Source of the DNA: Dictyostelium discoideum
Taxonomy: Eukaryota
NCBI GenBank assembly: GCA_000004695.1
Contig: CM000150.2
Location: 3,104,001-3,168,000, forward strand
Direction of reading: 5' to 3'
Length of the DNA stretch: 64,000 nt
A program made the position numbers and the translations under genes. The notes beneath the pieces are model-generated. The model searched no databases and was not told where the DNA came from. It saw nothing but the letters and a program-made list of their open reading frames with translations. Positions 46,160-60,917 of the stretch are shown here, in pieces; position 1 is the first letter of the stretch, and each line of letters opens with the position of its first letter.

Positions 46160-46645
46160 GAATTATTTAATAAAAATAATAAAAATAATTAATAATAATA
46201 ATATTTTTATTGGATGTTGAATTTTGAAATTTTTATTATTTAATTAGAAAAACTTATTATAAGTGTGCGTCTTTTTTATTAATATAATTTAAATTTGATT
46301 TTTTTTTTAATTAGATGATAACTATAAAAAATAAACAATACTTTTTTTTTTTTTTTTTTTTTTTTTCTTTTTTTTTTTTTTTAAAACAAAAAAGGCATTT
46401 CAAAAAAAAGAAGAAAAAAAAAAAAAATAATAATAAACAATATTGAAATTTAATTTTAACCATAATTTATTTTTTTTATTTATTAATTTTGTATAGTTTC
46501 AAAAAAGACAATATATTGGTCCAAAAAAAAGTAAACAAACCAAAAAAAAAAAAAAAATCAAAAAAAAAAAACTATTTTTAGGAATTCTAAAAATAAAAAA
46601 TAGGGAAAAAAGTAAAGAAATCAAAAAAAAAAAAAAAAAATAAAA

Positions 46646-47839
46646 ATGAAAATAAATTCAATAATTTATTTTTTAAAAATTTTTATTATTATAAATATAT
46701 ATATAATTAAAATTAAAGGAACAGAAGAATGGAAATTTACACAACCAGCATTATTTGAGAGTGTATTATCACCGATGCCAAGTACAAGGACATTGACATG
46801 GAGTGGTACTGATATCACATTGAATATTACATCAAGTAGTGGTCAAAAATCACCAACACAAATATTAGGAATCAATCTTCCAACAAATAGTAGTACATTT
46901 AATAATGTGGATTTATTAAGTTTCTTTTCCAATAAAACCTATGCATCATTTCTCTCACAATTCAATTGCAAATTAAATGCACCAACTTGTGAAGAAATTA
47001 ATTTTAGTGAAAATGTAAACGATGTTTGTTTACTACTTGCATCAGTGGATGGGTACGATCGTGTGTCGCTCTATGGCAGAGATACAACAGCGGGATATGC
47101 GCAATCGGCATTCTCCACTTACAATCAAGTGAAACCACTATCATGGGGAGTAGTTAAAAAGGGTACATTCAATAGTAATGCCAATGCATCGGAATGCTCA
47201 CCAATAATGATCACAGAGAAACATGACTACTTTTCATTGGGTTGTTTTAATCGTGTTTGTGAGAACCCAAATTTCGTCATATTGAAACCAAATATCTCTA
47301 TCAATTATATCAAGATTTGTTATGACTCTTACTCTGCCTCTGAATTTATTATGTATTCATTCGCTAGATGCTCAAATCCATCATTGGAGATCACTCGTCA
47401 ACCATTGTCTATTGATTTCTCAATTGCAGGATACGCTTTTCTTGATAGTCAACCCGCCGATGGTATCTATAATCCATTGGTCGATAGTCCAATGGCTGGT
47501 GTGGTGGTTGAATTGTTAACTTCAAGTGGTTTACCAGTTAGAAATAAACTTGGTATTGTTTTACCCTCAACTACAGACAATCGTGGCTCCTATATCTTTA
47601 GTGATGTTGCCAGAGGTGCCTATCGTATTAAATTCACTTTTCCACCTCAATACGAACCAACTATTAAAATTAAAAATGCTGATAATTATAAATCTTCAAA
47701 AATTAATCCAAATTTCTCAACTGATCTCTATATACTTTCAAATACTGCCTTGGGTGTAAGATTGACAACAACTGATGATATTGGTGTTACAACTGATAGA
47801 ATCTTACCTGGTATTAATGGTGGAGTAGTTGGAATATAA
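46646..47839 (+). CDS. Secreted protein (397 aa) with an N-terminal signal peptide, a Cys-rich region and a C-terminal SdrD-B-like/Cna-B-type fold (AGYAFLDSQPADGIYNP...AGVVVELLTSSGLPV...TTTDNRGSYIFSDVARGAYRIKF).
   Basis: Single ORF. A hydrophobic N-terminus is followed by the characteristic SdrD-B-like motif, read directly from the translation. Confidence 0.6.
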   Translation: MKINSIIYFLKIFIIINIYIIKIKGTEEWKFTQPALFESVLSPMPSTRTLTWSGTDITLNITSSSGQKSPTQILGINLPTNSSTFNNVDLLSFFSNKTYASFLSQFNCKLNAPTCEEINFSENVNDVCLLLASVDGYDRVSLYGRDTTAGYAQSAFSTYNQVKPLSWGVVKKGTFNSNANASECSPIMITEKHDYFSLGCFNRVCENPNFVILKPNISINYIKICYDSYSASEFIMYSFARCSNPSLEITRQPLSIDFSIAGYAFLDSQPADGIYNPLVDSPMAGVVVELLTSSGLPVRNKLGIVLPSTTDNRGSYIFSDVARGAYRIKFTFPPQYEPTIKIKNADNYKSSKINPNFSTDLYILSNTALGVRLTTTDDIGVTTDRILPGINGGVVGI

Positions 47840-48243
47840 ATTTACCAATTTAAAGAAAGAAAAAAAAAAAAAAAAAAAAAAAAAAACTTAAAACTTAAAA
47901 CTTTACCAAGTCAAAAGTTTAAATTTAAAAATAAAAATAAAATAAATAATATCTAATAATTGTAACAAATATTAGTTAAAGTATATATATATATATTTGT
48001 ATTTTAGTTATTTTTAAAATTTGATATATCTTTTTTTTTTTATTTTTTTAGATTCCAAAAAATCAATTATCTATTTTCAAAAAAAAAAATTAATAACATA
48101 TAATGGTACAATGACAATTTCAAAAAAAAAAAAAAAAAAAAAAAGATACCAAAAAATTGAAAAAAAAAGATATAGATAGGGCAGATACGGATAATTAATT
48201 GATGGCTATAAAAAAAAAAGTTCAGAAAAAAAAAAAAGTTTAG

Positions 48244-48279
<36 letters not shown>

Positions 48280-48347
48280 TTTAAAAATATCTTCAATCAA
48301 CTTTTTTGTTTTCATTTAAAAAACGAAAAAAAAAAAAAAAAAGTAAC

Positions 48348-48766
48348 ATGTCATTTAAATTTAATTTTCAAGTTGATGAAGATGAAAATGATAATGGTAA
48401 TAATAATGAACAAAATAATGAAGAAAGTAAATTAGATATATCTGAATTTGATTCAAGCTCTAAAATGGATGAATTACCATCAAAATATATTGATTTAAGA
48501 GTAAATATTACATTATATATATATTTATATATATATATATATTTGATTAGAAATTGAAACTATAGTTTCAATAGATTTTTTAAATTTAAATATTTATCAT
48601 TAATAACATTACTTTTCATAGAATAATTTAAGTAGTTTATTATCAAATGTTGAAACTGAAATAGTAACATTTTCATCAAATAATAAATTAAAAAAATTAG
48701 TTAAACCTTTCAAAGGAAATCAAGATAATAATAATGATAATAATGTAAATAGTAATGATAAAAATG

Positions 48767-48798
<32 letters not shown>

Positions 48799-49386
48799 GA
48801 TTATGAAAAATTATTGGATAAAACAGATTTAATACCAGGTGTATATGAAGGTGGTTTTAAGCTATGGGAATGTTCAATTGATATTATAAATTATTTATTT
48901 GAAGAAAAAATTGATTTAAGTGGTAAAAAGGTATTAGAAATTGGTTGTGGTCATGGTTTACCAGGAATTTATTGTTTATTAAATGGTTCAATAGTAACAT
49001 TTCAAGATTATGTATGTAAAATAACTTTTTTTATGTATATTTTTTTTTTTTATTATTTTATTATTAAATATTAAGTTTTTTTTTTATATTGATTTAATTT
49101 TTTATAAACAATTAAATAATAAAATAAAAAAAATAAAAAATAAAAAAATTAAAGAATGAAGAAGTAATTTATAATTTAACCCAACCAAATGTTTTAATAA
49201 ATGGTGGTGATATAAATAGAGCAAAATATATTTCAGGTGATTGGAAATTTGTTGACCAATTATTAAAAAACGAAAAATTTGATATAATTTTAACATCAGT
49301 AAGTATTTAATACAAAAAAAAAAAAATAAAAAAAAAATTAAATCGAACAAGATATCTTTATCTTTTATTAACTTTTTTTAAATATT

Positions 49387-49417
<31 letters not shown>

Positions 49418-49799
49418 TTATTATTACTAGGATACATTATATAATGTTGGATCATTTAAAAAACTTTATAATTTAATTTCAAATCATTTAGAATCAAATG
49501 GAAAATGGTAGTTATTTATTTATCTTATTATTTATATTATTATTATTTTTTTAAAAAAAAACCTATAATTAACAACAAACAAATAACGACAACTTAATTA
49601 ATCAAAATTTTATTGTTTTTATTTGTAAAATAGTTATTTAGCTAGTAAAACCTATTATTTTGGAGTGGGTGGAGGTATTAGAAAATTTGAAGAATTATTA
49701 AAGATCTTGAATAGATTATCTATAAAAACAGTAAGGGATATTAAAGATGGTTTATCAAATGTGAGAGAAGTCGTTGAAATTACAAATAAAATAAATTAG
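48348..49799 (+). CDS. METTL18/Hpm1-like histidine protein methyltransferase (Methyltransf_16 family), about 309 aa, 5 exons: 48348..48500, 48622..49011, 49155..49298, 49431..49507, 49634..49799.
   Basis: N-terminal MSFKFNFQ matches human METTL18 MTFQFNF. DLIPGVYEGGFKLWECSIDI...KVLEIGCGHGLPGI (SAM motif I) matches SDLITGVYEGGLKIWECTFDL...KVLDLGCGSGLLGI. Exons 3-5 encode YISGDWKF...FDIILTS / DTLYNVGSFKKLYNLISNHLESNGK / YLASKTYYFGVGGGIRKFEELL, matching the METTL18 C-terminus. Donors are GTAAAT, GTATGT, GTAAGT and GTAGTT. The true start is probably the ATG at 48348, not 48306. Confidence 0.7.
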
Positions 49800-50316
49800 T
49801 TATAATTTTCTAAATCTTTTTTTTTTTCTTATCTTTTATTATTTATTTTATTTTGTTTTTTTTTTTTTTAAAAAAAAAAAAAGTAATAATATAAAAAAGA
49901 AAAAAAAAAGAAAAAAGAAAAAAGGAAAATAAAAATAATAATTTTAATAATCCATTTTGCAATTAATTCATTAATTCATTTTCATTCATTAAAACTTAAT
50001 TATAGTATAAAGTTATACTGTCTCAAGCTAGTATAAATATATAAATAAGTGTGGATTATTGTTGTGTTTATTAATTTGGGGTTCTTTTTAATATGTATTA
50101 ACAGGTGAGTTTGTGTGTGTGTGGGTTTTTGATTTTGTTTAAAAAAAAAAAATGGGAAAATTAAAATTAAAAAATTTTTTTTATAGATATATAAATATAA
50201 ATATTTTTTAATCTATAAAAAAAAAATTTTCATACAAGTAGATTGAATGAGCTGTCATTTTTGTGTGCTTGGTTAAAAGTTTTATTTTAATTGGTTTAGT
50301 GGGTTTTTTGCTGAGC

Positions 50317-50355
<39 letters not shown>

Positions 50356-51006
50356 ATTTGTTTTTTCCAAAGTGGGGTAATTAATAAAAATAATTTATTT
50401 ATACAAATCAAATTTGATAATTTAATTATAAAAAAAAAAATTAAAATTGTTTCCTATTAGATTTCAAATGCACATTCATTTAAAAAAGTTTAAACAATAT
50501 ATACCCACACTACAATATCTTTGGCTTTAAATTTTAAACAAAAAAAAAAAAAAATATAAAAATAAAAATATTGATATATGCATAAATATAGTTATTAATA
50601 ACAATGAATAAAAAACAAAAAAATGTAAAATAAAAAAATAAAAATAACAACACAGTTAATCTGAAAAAAAAAAAAAAAAAAATAATGTTTTTAAGAGTGA
50701 GATATTGAGTGTAATATATATTAAATTAAAATTTAAAAGAGTAAAAAAATTGAATGATAAAATAATACAAATAATTATTTTCATTATATAAATTAAAAAT
50801 TTTATTAATTTAAATAGTGTAATAATAGAGTGATAATTGTAAACTTTCTGTTTCGAAAACAAAAATAAATAAATAAAAATATTACCGATATACATTGCAC
50901 CTACCAAATAATTATAAAATAATTAAAAAAGGTATATTTAATTATTTGTTTATTTAATTTTAATTTATTTTATTTTATTTTTATTTTTATTTTTATTTTA
51001 TTTTTT

Positions 51007-51057
<51 letters not shown>

Positions 51058-51376
51058 GAGAGACCAAGAATAAATTCTATTAATATTAAATAATAAAAAA
51101 AAAATTAGAATAAAACAAAATAATAATAAATAACAACAACTATACCCTCTTATTAACAATAATAAATTAAATTGTATTAAATAACAACAATTAACCAATT
51201 TGAATTTTTTTATTTTATTTTTTTTTAAATTTATTTATTTATTTTTTATTTATTTCATTTTTTTTATTTTTTTTTATTTTTTTATTTTTTTATAATTGTT
51301 TTAAATTAATTGAAAATATCATTTCATTTTTTTTTCCATTCTTTCCCTTTCTTATTCTTCAATCCCCTTTATTTTT

Positions 51377-51407
<31 letters not shown>

Positions 51408-51420
51408 AGAAAATTAAAAA

Positions 51421-53129
51421 ATGATATTTAAATTTTTTTTTATTTTTTTTTTAATTATTTTAGTTATAAAAATTTCAGAATCAGTCGATAGCACTGTAAA
51501 TGTACATTTAATTAAATCAAGAACCGAGCTTGCATATAGTTTTAAAGAGGTATTATATTAAAATATTTATTTTTATTATTTTTGAAAAAAAAAAAAAAGA
51601 ATTATTTTTTAGTATAAGAAATATTTTAATAACAAAAAAATAATTATTTTATTCCTTTATTTAAATTATTTTAATTTAATTTAATTCTTAATTTTAATAA
51701 TAATAATATTAAAAAATTAATTATTTAAAAAAAAAAAAAATGAATAATTTAATTTTTTTATTTTTTTATTTTTTTTTTTAAAATAATTATTAATTATTAG
51801 TCATTATCATTTAAAACAATTTCATTTGATGATGAAAGTAATAAAATTGATTATGATGAATTTTTAAAATTCCATAATTTTTTACAAAATAAATTTCCAA
51901 TAATCCATAGAGTTTTAAAGAGGACAGTAATAAATAAATATTCATTATTATTTGAATGGACAGGAAGTGATAAAACATTGAAACCTTTATTATTAAATTC
52001 ACATTATGATGTTGTACCAGTAACAGAATCAGAATGGACATTTAATCCATGGGGAGAAATTAGAAACGATAATATTTATGGACGTGGATCAATTGACAAT
52101 AAGGTAATAGTAATGGCAACTATGGAATCGATTGAAGCCATTTTAGCAAACAATTACACTCAACCAATTCGTACCATTTATCTATGTTTTGGACATGATG
52201 AAGAGCTTGGTGGATTGAATGGTCATAGAATGATCGCCAGACATTTCAGAGAGAATTTAGTTAGAGCAGAGGCAATCTTTGATGAGGGTTGTCCATTTTT
52301 AGCATCTAATTTCGTTCCAGGATTTCACGACATTATTGCAGGTGTTGGAGTATTTGAAAAAGGTTACCTATTTTATAAATTAACATCAAAGGTTAATTCA
52401 TTCACCCATTCTGCAATACCACCAAAAGAATCTGCAATTGGTATCCTCTCAAAGGCATTGGCAAAGATTGAATCAAATCCATTCGCACCAATTGAAAATA
52501 TTGAAAAGAAGAATCAACTCTTACAATTATTCAATGGTGAAACTATAAAATCAAATCCATTCTTAGATGCAATGACAAAAACCACCACAGCATTGTCAAT
52601 GATACATGCAGGTACAAAACCAAATATAATACCAACAACCGCTTCAGCTTGGGTGTCACATAGAATTATTAATGGAAATTCAATTGAATATGTAAAGAGT
52701 AGAATTTTGGATTTAATTAATGATACAAGAATCACAATGGAAATTGAAGGATTTTTAGAACCTTCTCCAATTAGTTCACCATTTACAACTGCATACCAAA
52801 TACTTAAACAAACCATCTATCAACAATTTGGAGGTTACAATGTAAAGGTTGTACCAACTCAATTGATGGCAAATACCGATACTCGTCATTATTGGGATAT
52901 CACTGATAATATCTATCGTTTCATGCCGATCGTTGGTAATTTCATGGATTTTGTCTCAATACATGGTAGTAATGAAAAAATTTCAATTGATGATTATATT
53001 AAAACAATTCATTTCTATAAAAAATTGATTTTAAATTTTCAACCATTCTCAAACTCTTCAAATAGTAATTATATTAATAAAAATTTGAAAATAAATGATT
53101 ATTGTCCAAATTCAATTTATTCAAAATAA
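51421..53129 (+). CDS. Peptidase M20 family (carboxypeptidase S-like) protein with signal peptide, about 485 aa. Two exons: 51421..51549 and 51801..53129; intron 51550..51800.
   Basis: ORF 51978..53129 carries M20 motifs (HYDVVP, GRGSIDNK, the CFGHDEELGG metal-binding block). The frame is open upstream to a tag at 51798-51800 that forms the acceptor. Exon 1 (MIFKFFFIFFLIILVIKISESVDSTVNVHLIKSRTELAYSFKE) supplies the signal peptide. The GTATTA donor is weaker than canonical. Confidence 0.65.
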
Positions 53130-53202
53130 AATAAATAAATAAATAAATAAATAAAATAAAACTAATGTATTTTTAAATATTCAATATATGTATAAAATGT
53201 AT

Positions 53203-54848
53203 TTATTTTGATGAATTTTTTGTATTATCATCTTCGTATGGTTTTCTATCAACTTTTCTTAATAATTCATTTCTAACCTTATCTCTTTGTTCAATACCAT
53301 CAAATACTGGACCAAATGGTGGTCTTGGTACAAATCTACCACTACCTTTGACACATGATAATTTATTATCAGACCAAACGATATTACCAGCTACGATTGT
53401 GGTAACTGCTATACCAGTTACTTTGATACCTTCGAAAATGTTAAAATCAACTGCATGATGATGAGTATCCTTTGAGATGGTTTTTGATTGATTTGGATCC
53501 CAAATGACGATATCACCATCACAACCAACATCGATACGACCTTTTCTTGGATAAATATTGAAAATACGAGCAGCTTCTGAAGAGGTTGCTCTAACGAATT
53601 GACACCATGTTAATTTACCAGTATTGACACCATTCTCCCAAACGATTGACATTCTATCTTCAACACCATTTACACCATTTGGAATTTTGGTGAAATCATC
53701 TTTACCCATTGCTTTTTGGTCAGCACAGAATGTACAATTATCAGTACCAACACAATCGAGGTCACCTCTTGCTAAATAATCCATTAATACACCTTTAGTT
53801 CTTGGATCTGGACGAATTGGTGGTCCCATTACAAATGCTGCAGCATGTCTCCAATCATGATTCCACATATGGGATCCGTCAACACCTAAACCTGCTGCAA
53901 TTGGTTCACCGTATACTCTAACACCCTCTTTTCTATGTTTACAAATTACATCGGCTGCACCAATAGATTGAACGTGAACAATATAAACTGGTGTGCAAAC
54001 ACTATCGGCAATGACGATGGCTCTATTGGTCGCTTCGGCTTCCAATGCCTCTGGTCTTGATAATTCGTGACCTTCTGGTCCTGTAATACCCATTTCTAAC
54101 ATTTTCTTTTGTCCTTCGAATACCATATCACCATTTTCGGCATGTACTTGTGCGATGGCACCCAACTCTTTACATCTCTTGAAAATATGATACATCTCTT
54201 GATCTGTAACCATAAAACTATTCTTGTAGGCCATAAAACATTTGAAACTATTTACACCTCTCTCTTTAACCAATATTTCCATCTCCCTTGAAACTTGTTC
54301 ACTCCACCATGTAATTGCAACATGTAATGAATAATCACAATTAACCTTTTCATCTGCCCATTTCTTCCATTGGTCATAAGCTTCCAATAATGATTGTCCT
54401 CTAGTTGGAATTACAAAATCAATAATAAATGTTGTACCACCTGCTACTGCTGCTTGTGTACCAATATCAAAATCATCAACTGAAACTGTACCCATAAATG
54501 GTAATTGGAAATGCTAAAAATTAAAAATTATAAAAAAAAAATTAAAAAAGTGAAATTTCAAAATTTAAAATTGTTTTAAAAAAAAAAAAAAAAAAAAAAA
54601 AATGTATCTATATAAATAAATAAAAGAAAAACTATTATAATATTTACTGTATGAGTATCAATACCACCTGGTAATAATAATTTATCAGTTGCATCGACAA
54701 CTTTAATACCTTCTTTTGGTTCAATATTTTTAGAAATTTCTTTAATAATTCCATTTTCAACTAAAACATCAGATTTAAAGTATCTATCGTCGTTCACAAC
54801 AGTACCATTTTTTATTAATATTGTCCCTGTTTGATCGACTCTAAGCAT
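53203..54848 (-). CDS. pyd2: Dihydropyrimidinase (cyclic amidohydrolase/hydantoinase family), 503 aa. Two exons: 54648..54848 and 53203..54513; intron 54514..54647 (GTAAAT donor).
   Basis: Splicing restores the metal-binding motif [15 protein letters not shown] across the exon junction. The total of 67+436 = 503 aa matches the length I recall for Dictyostelium DHPase. Conserved carboxylated-lysine and His/Asp regions of the DHPase fold are present. Confidence 0.8.
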
Positions 54849-54918
54849 TTTTTTTTTTTTATTATTAAAATTTTTTAATGTAAAATAAAAAAAATTTAAA
54901 AAAATTTTGTGTTGGCCA

Positions 54919-54964
<46 letters not shown>

Positions 54965-55503
54965 ATATCTGACCTCCCCATAAGTTTCCGTTATGTTCAA
55001 AAAATAAATCTACAATTAAAAGTTTTTTATTATTTTGATTTTTAATTTTTTTAATTTTTTTTTTTTTTTTCTATATTCGTTTATTTTAAAATAAAAGATT
55101 AATATGCAAGTAATAAAAGAAGTAAATATGTAAGAAAATTTTAAAAAAAATAAAATAAAATAAAATAATAAAATTATTTATTATTAAAAAAAAAAAAAAA
55201 AAAAAAAAAAGTTAAATATTCTTTATTTTATCTATTTTATTTTATTTTATTTTATTTAATTTTATTTTATTTTATTTTATTTGATTTTATTTAAATTTAT
55301 ATTTACTTCTTTTATTACTAGGCATTAATTTTTTTTTATAATGTTTAATTAAATACAAATATTATTTATTATTAAAACCAATTAAACAAAATTTTATTTT
55401 TTAATTTTTTATAAAAAAGTATTTATTTTTCACCAAAAAAAAAAAAAATAATAATAATTAAATTTATTTTAATAAAAAAAAAAAGATAAATATAGATATT
55501 GTT

Positions 55504-55541
<38 letters not shown>

Positions 55542-55756
55542 GTGGAAAAAAAATTCAATTATAAAGAGGGTTGGTATTAAAAAGTAATAATAATAATAAA
55601 TAAATAAAAAAAATTAAAAAAAAGTGTTTAAAAAAACCCAAAATAAATAATTTTAATTCGATTAAAATTATTATACCTGTATAATTTTTTTTTTTTTTTA
55701 GCCTAAATGCCTACTAAAATTTTGTTAAACAGTTTATTTTTTTTAAAATTTTTGGA

Positions 55757-57048
<1,292 letters not shown>

Positions 57049-58115
57049 TTTATTTATTTTTATTTATTTTTTATTTTTTTATATTTTTTATATTTGTTTA
57101 ATTTTTTAATATTTTATACAAATTATATTAATTTAATTGGGTTTTTTTTTTTTTTTTTTTTTTTTTTTGATATTTTATTTTTAATTTATATAAATTTGTT
57201 CATCTATTTTTTTATTATTATTATTTTTTTTATTTTTTTTTATTTTTTTTTTTTTAATTATTTAAACTAATTTTTATTTTTATTTTTATTTTTTGTATTT
57301 TTTTTATTATTTATTAATTATTTATATATTTATTTATTTATTTTTATTTATTTATTTTATTTATTGATTTATTTTTTTTTTTTTTTTTTTTTGTTAAAGC
57401 CTACAAATATTGTTATCTAATTTTATTGGGTGATATATTTTGTTCTGGGTTTGGTTTGGTTTGATTTGGTTTGATTTGATTTGATAACAAAACAAAAAAA
57501 AAAAAAAAAATAAAAAAAATAAAAAAAAAAAAATTAAAAAAAAAAAAAAAAATAAAAATAAAAAAAAAAAAAAGATACCCTGATTCCAAAAAACAAGTCT
57601 CTGACTTTAGGGAAATTTTTTTTTTTAGAAATTGAAAAAAAAGTGTGATATTTTTATTTATTTTATTTATGGAATGATAACAGTTTACAATTTCGTTAAT
57701 GAATTTTATTTTATAAAATTTTTTATAAATTTTTTTTTTTTTAATATTTTTAATATTTTTTTTTCGAAAAAGAAGTTCTTGGTGATTTAAGATACATATA
57801 TAAAATTTTAAAAATAATTTAATTAATTTTATTTTTTTTTTTTTTTATTTTTTTTTTTTTTATTTTCCAGAAATTATGATTTAAAATTTTTTTTTAAAAA
57901 AAAAAAAATCATTTAAGATATTTTTCCCTTATTAATATTAATGAAGTTTTTTTTTTTTTTTTATTTTTTTAAAAATTTTTTGAATAAAAGAGAAAAAAAA
58001 CTATTTTTGATTTATTTTTTTTTTCTATTTTATTTTTTTATATTTTTTCATTTTTTTTTTTTTTTTTGTAGATTTTTATTTTTATTTTTTTTTTTTATTT
58101 TTTTTTTTTAAGTTC

Positions 58116-58387
58116 TTAAGAGAACAATTTATCGACAGAAGGATGAGAGGTTAGCCTATCATTTGTTGATTTGTTTTCAATTTTATTGTGGTCAACATAA
58201 ATATATACTACAGGATGAATATGAATACGAGGGAATTTTATTGTAATTTTTTCAAAGTATCCCCACTCTCCACTATAATATGAAAATGATAAATTACTAA
58301 ATCTATTACTTAAAACTTCACAATAATCTTCCATATTCTTTGGGCACTAATAATAATAATAATAAAGAAAATTTTAAAATGTTAATA

Positions 58388-58434
<47 letters not shown>

Positions 58435-59141
58435 TATTAAAAAAAATAATTAATACATACAGAAACATATCTAATATAAGATGTTATTAAATAAAATATT
58501 AAAAAAATAATTGACATGCTTAATGGTAATAAAAATCTAATTGAAAGTTGAGCATTTTCTTTTGATTTATTATGATGAGCATGAGCATGACTATGTTTTC
58601 CCTTTGCTCCAAAATTATTATTATTTTTATTATTATTATTTTCATTTTGAATATCAGTTGTTAAAAATAAAACTAATGATAACATAATTGTAATCATTGT
58701 TAATAATAAAGTTACTTTAATTAATCTATTATATATAAAAAATTCCTTTTCATAATAGTGATTTATTTCATCAACAACTTCATAAAATCTTGACATTGGT
58801 AATATTGTAGGAGGTATTGAACTTTCATTATCAGTCGTTGAAAATAAACCATTTTCACGCTTTCTTAATACTATTTTATCCCTTTGAAATGGGTCAATTA
58901 TATTTATTAATTGATGGGATTGAGTTTGATGATTATTATCTTTATTATTATTACTACTATTATAATTATTATTTTGTTGTTGTTGTTGTTGTTGGTATTG
59001 TTGTTGATAAAATTGTTGTAATTGTGGTTGAATTATGAAATCCAAATTTTCATTTTTAAAACTGTATCCATATTCAAAATTATATTGAAATTCTTGGTTA
59101 AAAGTGGAATCGTTATTATCTCCATTGTTATTACTATTCAT
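58116..59141 (-). CDS. Family member B (about 303 aa). Exons 58461..59141 and 58116..58346; intron 58347..58460 (GTATGT donor).
   Basis: ORFs 58437..59141 and 58116..58334 are joined in frame as ...SYIRYVS/CPKNMEDYCEVLSNRF.... It has a Q/N-rich N-terminus, a hydrophobic hairpin (VTLLLTMITIMLSLVLFL ... LLPLSMSIIFLIFYLI) and a conserved C-terminal exon. Confidence 0.55.
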
Positions 59142-59746
59142 TATTTAATTAATATAAAAACAAATAAAATAAATAAATAAATAAAAAATAAAAAATATAA
59201 ACAATAAAAAAAAAAACAACAAAAAAAAAAAAAAAAAAAAAAACAATAAAATATGTTTAATTTTCTTTTAATTTATTTTATGTAATGATATCCATTTTGG
59301 GGATATTTTTTTTATTAAATTTTATCTAGATCTCTAAAACACCATTTTTTTTTTTTTTTCAAAACAATTTATTAAAAAAGTCATAACAGTGTGAACATGT
59401 GGTTAACCAAAAATAAAAAATAAAAAAAAAAAAAAAATTTTAAAATTTTAAAACCAAATTGTGTGGTAATTTGGTTTTAAAATTTTTATTTGTGTCAACA
59501 CAAATAAAAACATTGTTTTATTTTTAAAACTTAAAATAAATTTTTATTTTTTTATTTATTTTTTACAGTTTTGTAATACTATATACTTTTATTTGTTATA
59601 TTATTTATTTTATTATTTTTTTTTATTTTTTTACTTATTTATTTATTATTTTTTTATTTTTATTTAAAAAATAAATATTGACCTTTTATTTATTTATTCA
59701 CTAATATACAAGAAAAAAAAAAAAAAAAAAATATATTTTTTTTTAA

Positions 59747-60032
59747 TTACAATATTTGGAATTTCTCAGAGTTTTGATTGTTATTAATATTGATTGGAGG
59801 TGATAATGATGGTACTTGTATTGTGACAATAATTTCTTCACATTTTGAATTATAGCTACCAAATAAACCAATTTGAGAGAATCTAGTTTTTTTGTTTTTA
59901 ATTTCATATTTTATTTTACCATCCTCACTGTAATTATTTTCTAAAGTTTTATATCTCTCTTTAATTGAATTCTTATCCTATTTATATATTAATTAATTAT
60001 TAATAGAGTTAAAAATATATTTCTATAAATAG

Positions 60033-60063
<31 letters not shown>

Positions 60064-60674
60064 AAAATTACGTTTGAAATTTTAGCAACTATAATTGCAA
60101 TTAATAATAGTAAAGCAATAGCACCAATACCATATAAAATATAAGTTGAATAAATTGCTTGACCTAATCCAATTATTACACTTGCGGCAGCAATGAAACC
60201 GAGTGAAAGTATTGATAAGAAAATTATTTGTTTTATAAAATCAGATTTAGTGTAACAAGCGACATTATTTAATTCAGTTATAAATCCACAATATTTTTCA
60301 TATGTTACCCAACCTTCAAGTACACTTGGAAATATATCATTAAATTTATCACCTTTTGGTTTTTTTAATTTAATTACAATATTTTTATCATCATTATTAT
60401 CTTCAACAATCTCTAATTGTGGATTATATCTTAATGATTCAATTTCAATGCTATTATTATTATTGCTTTCTATTAAAGATGATGGTGGAGGTAGTGATGT
60501 TGTACTCTTATTTAATGATATAAAATCATTATTAATATGATGTTGTTGTTGATGATGATGTTCGGAGTGGTTGTTATTGTTATTGTTGTGATGGGTTGGT
60601 TGTGGTGGGATGGAGTCTGAAGATTTATCAAGTGAGTTTATATTATTTTCATTATAAGTATAGTTATTGTACAT
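59747..60674 (-). CDS. Family member C (about 277 aa). Exons 60072..60674 and 59747..59977; intron 59978..60071 (GTAATT donor).
   Basis: ORF 60009..60674 (…FLSILSLGFIAAASVIIGLGQAIYSTYILYGIGAIALLLLIAIIVAKISN) is joined to exon 2 (DKNSIKERYKTLENNYSEDGKIKYEIK...). Phase and stop position were checked. Confidence 0.5.
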
Positions 60675-60748
60675 TTGGGTACTACTTTTTATTTACGATA
60701 TAGATATCGCCTCAAAAAAAAAAATAATATTTCAAATTTTTTTTTTTT

Positions 60749-60781
<33 letters not shown>

Positions 60782-60917
60782 CAGGGGAAAGGACAAAAAA
60801 GATATTTTTTTATTGTTTCAATTTTTTTATTTTTAAAATTTTTATATTTACAATTTACGAATGGTTTTTATTATTTTTTTTTTTTAAAAATATTATTATA
60901 ATTATTATTTATATTAT

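Noticed and set aside
48306-48347. Upstream start (MFSFKKRKKKKKSN) of ORF 48306..48557
   Set aside because: Its codons lie in a poly-A tract. The ATG at 48348 (MSFKFNFQ) aligns with the METTL18 N-terminus and is the more plausible initiator.
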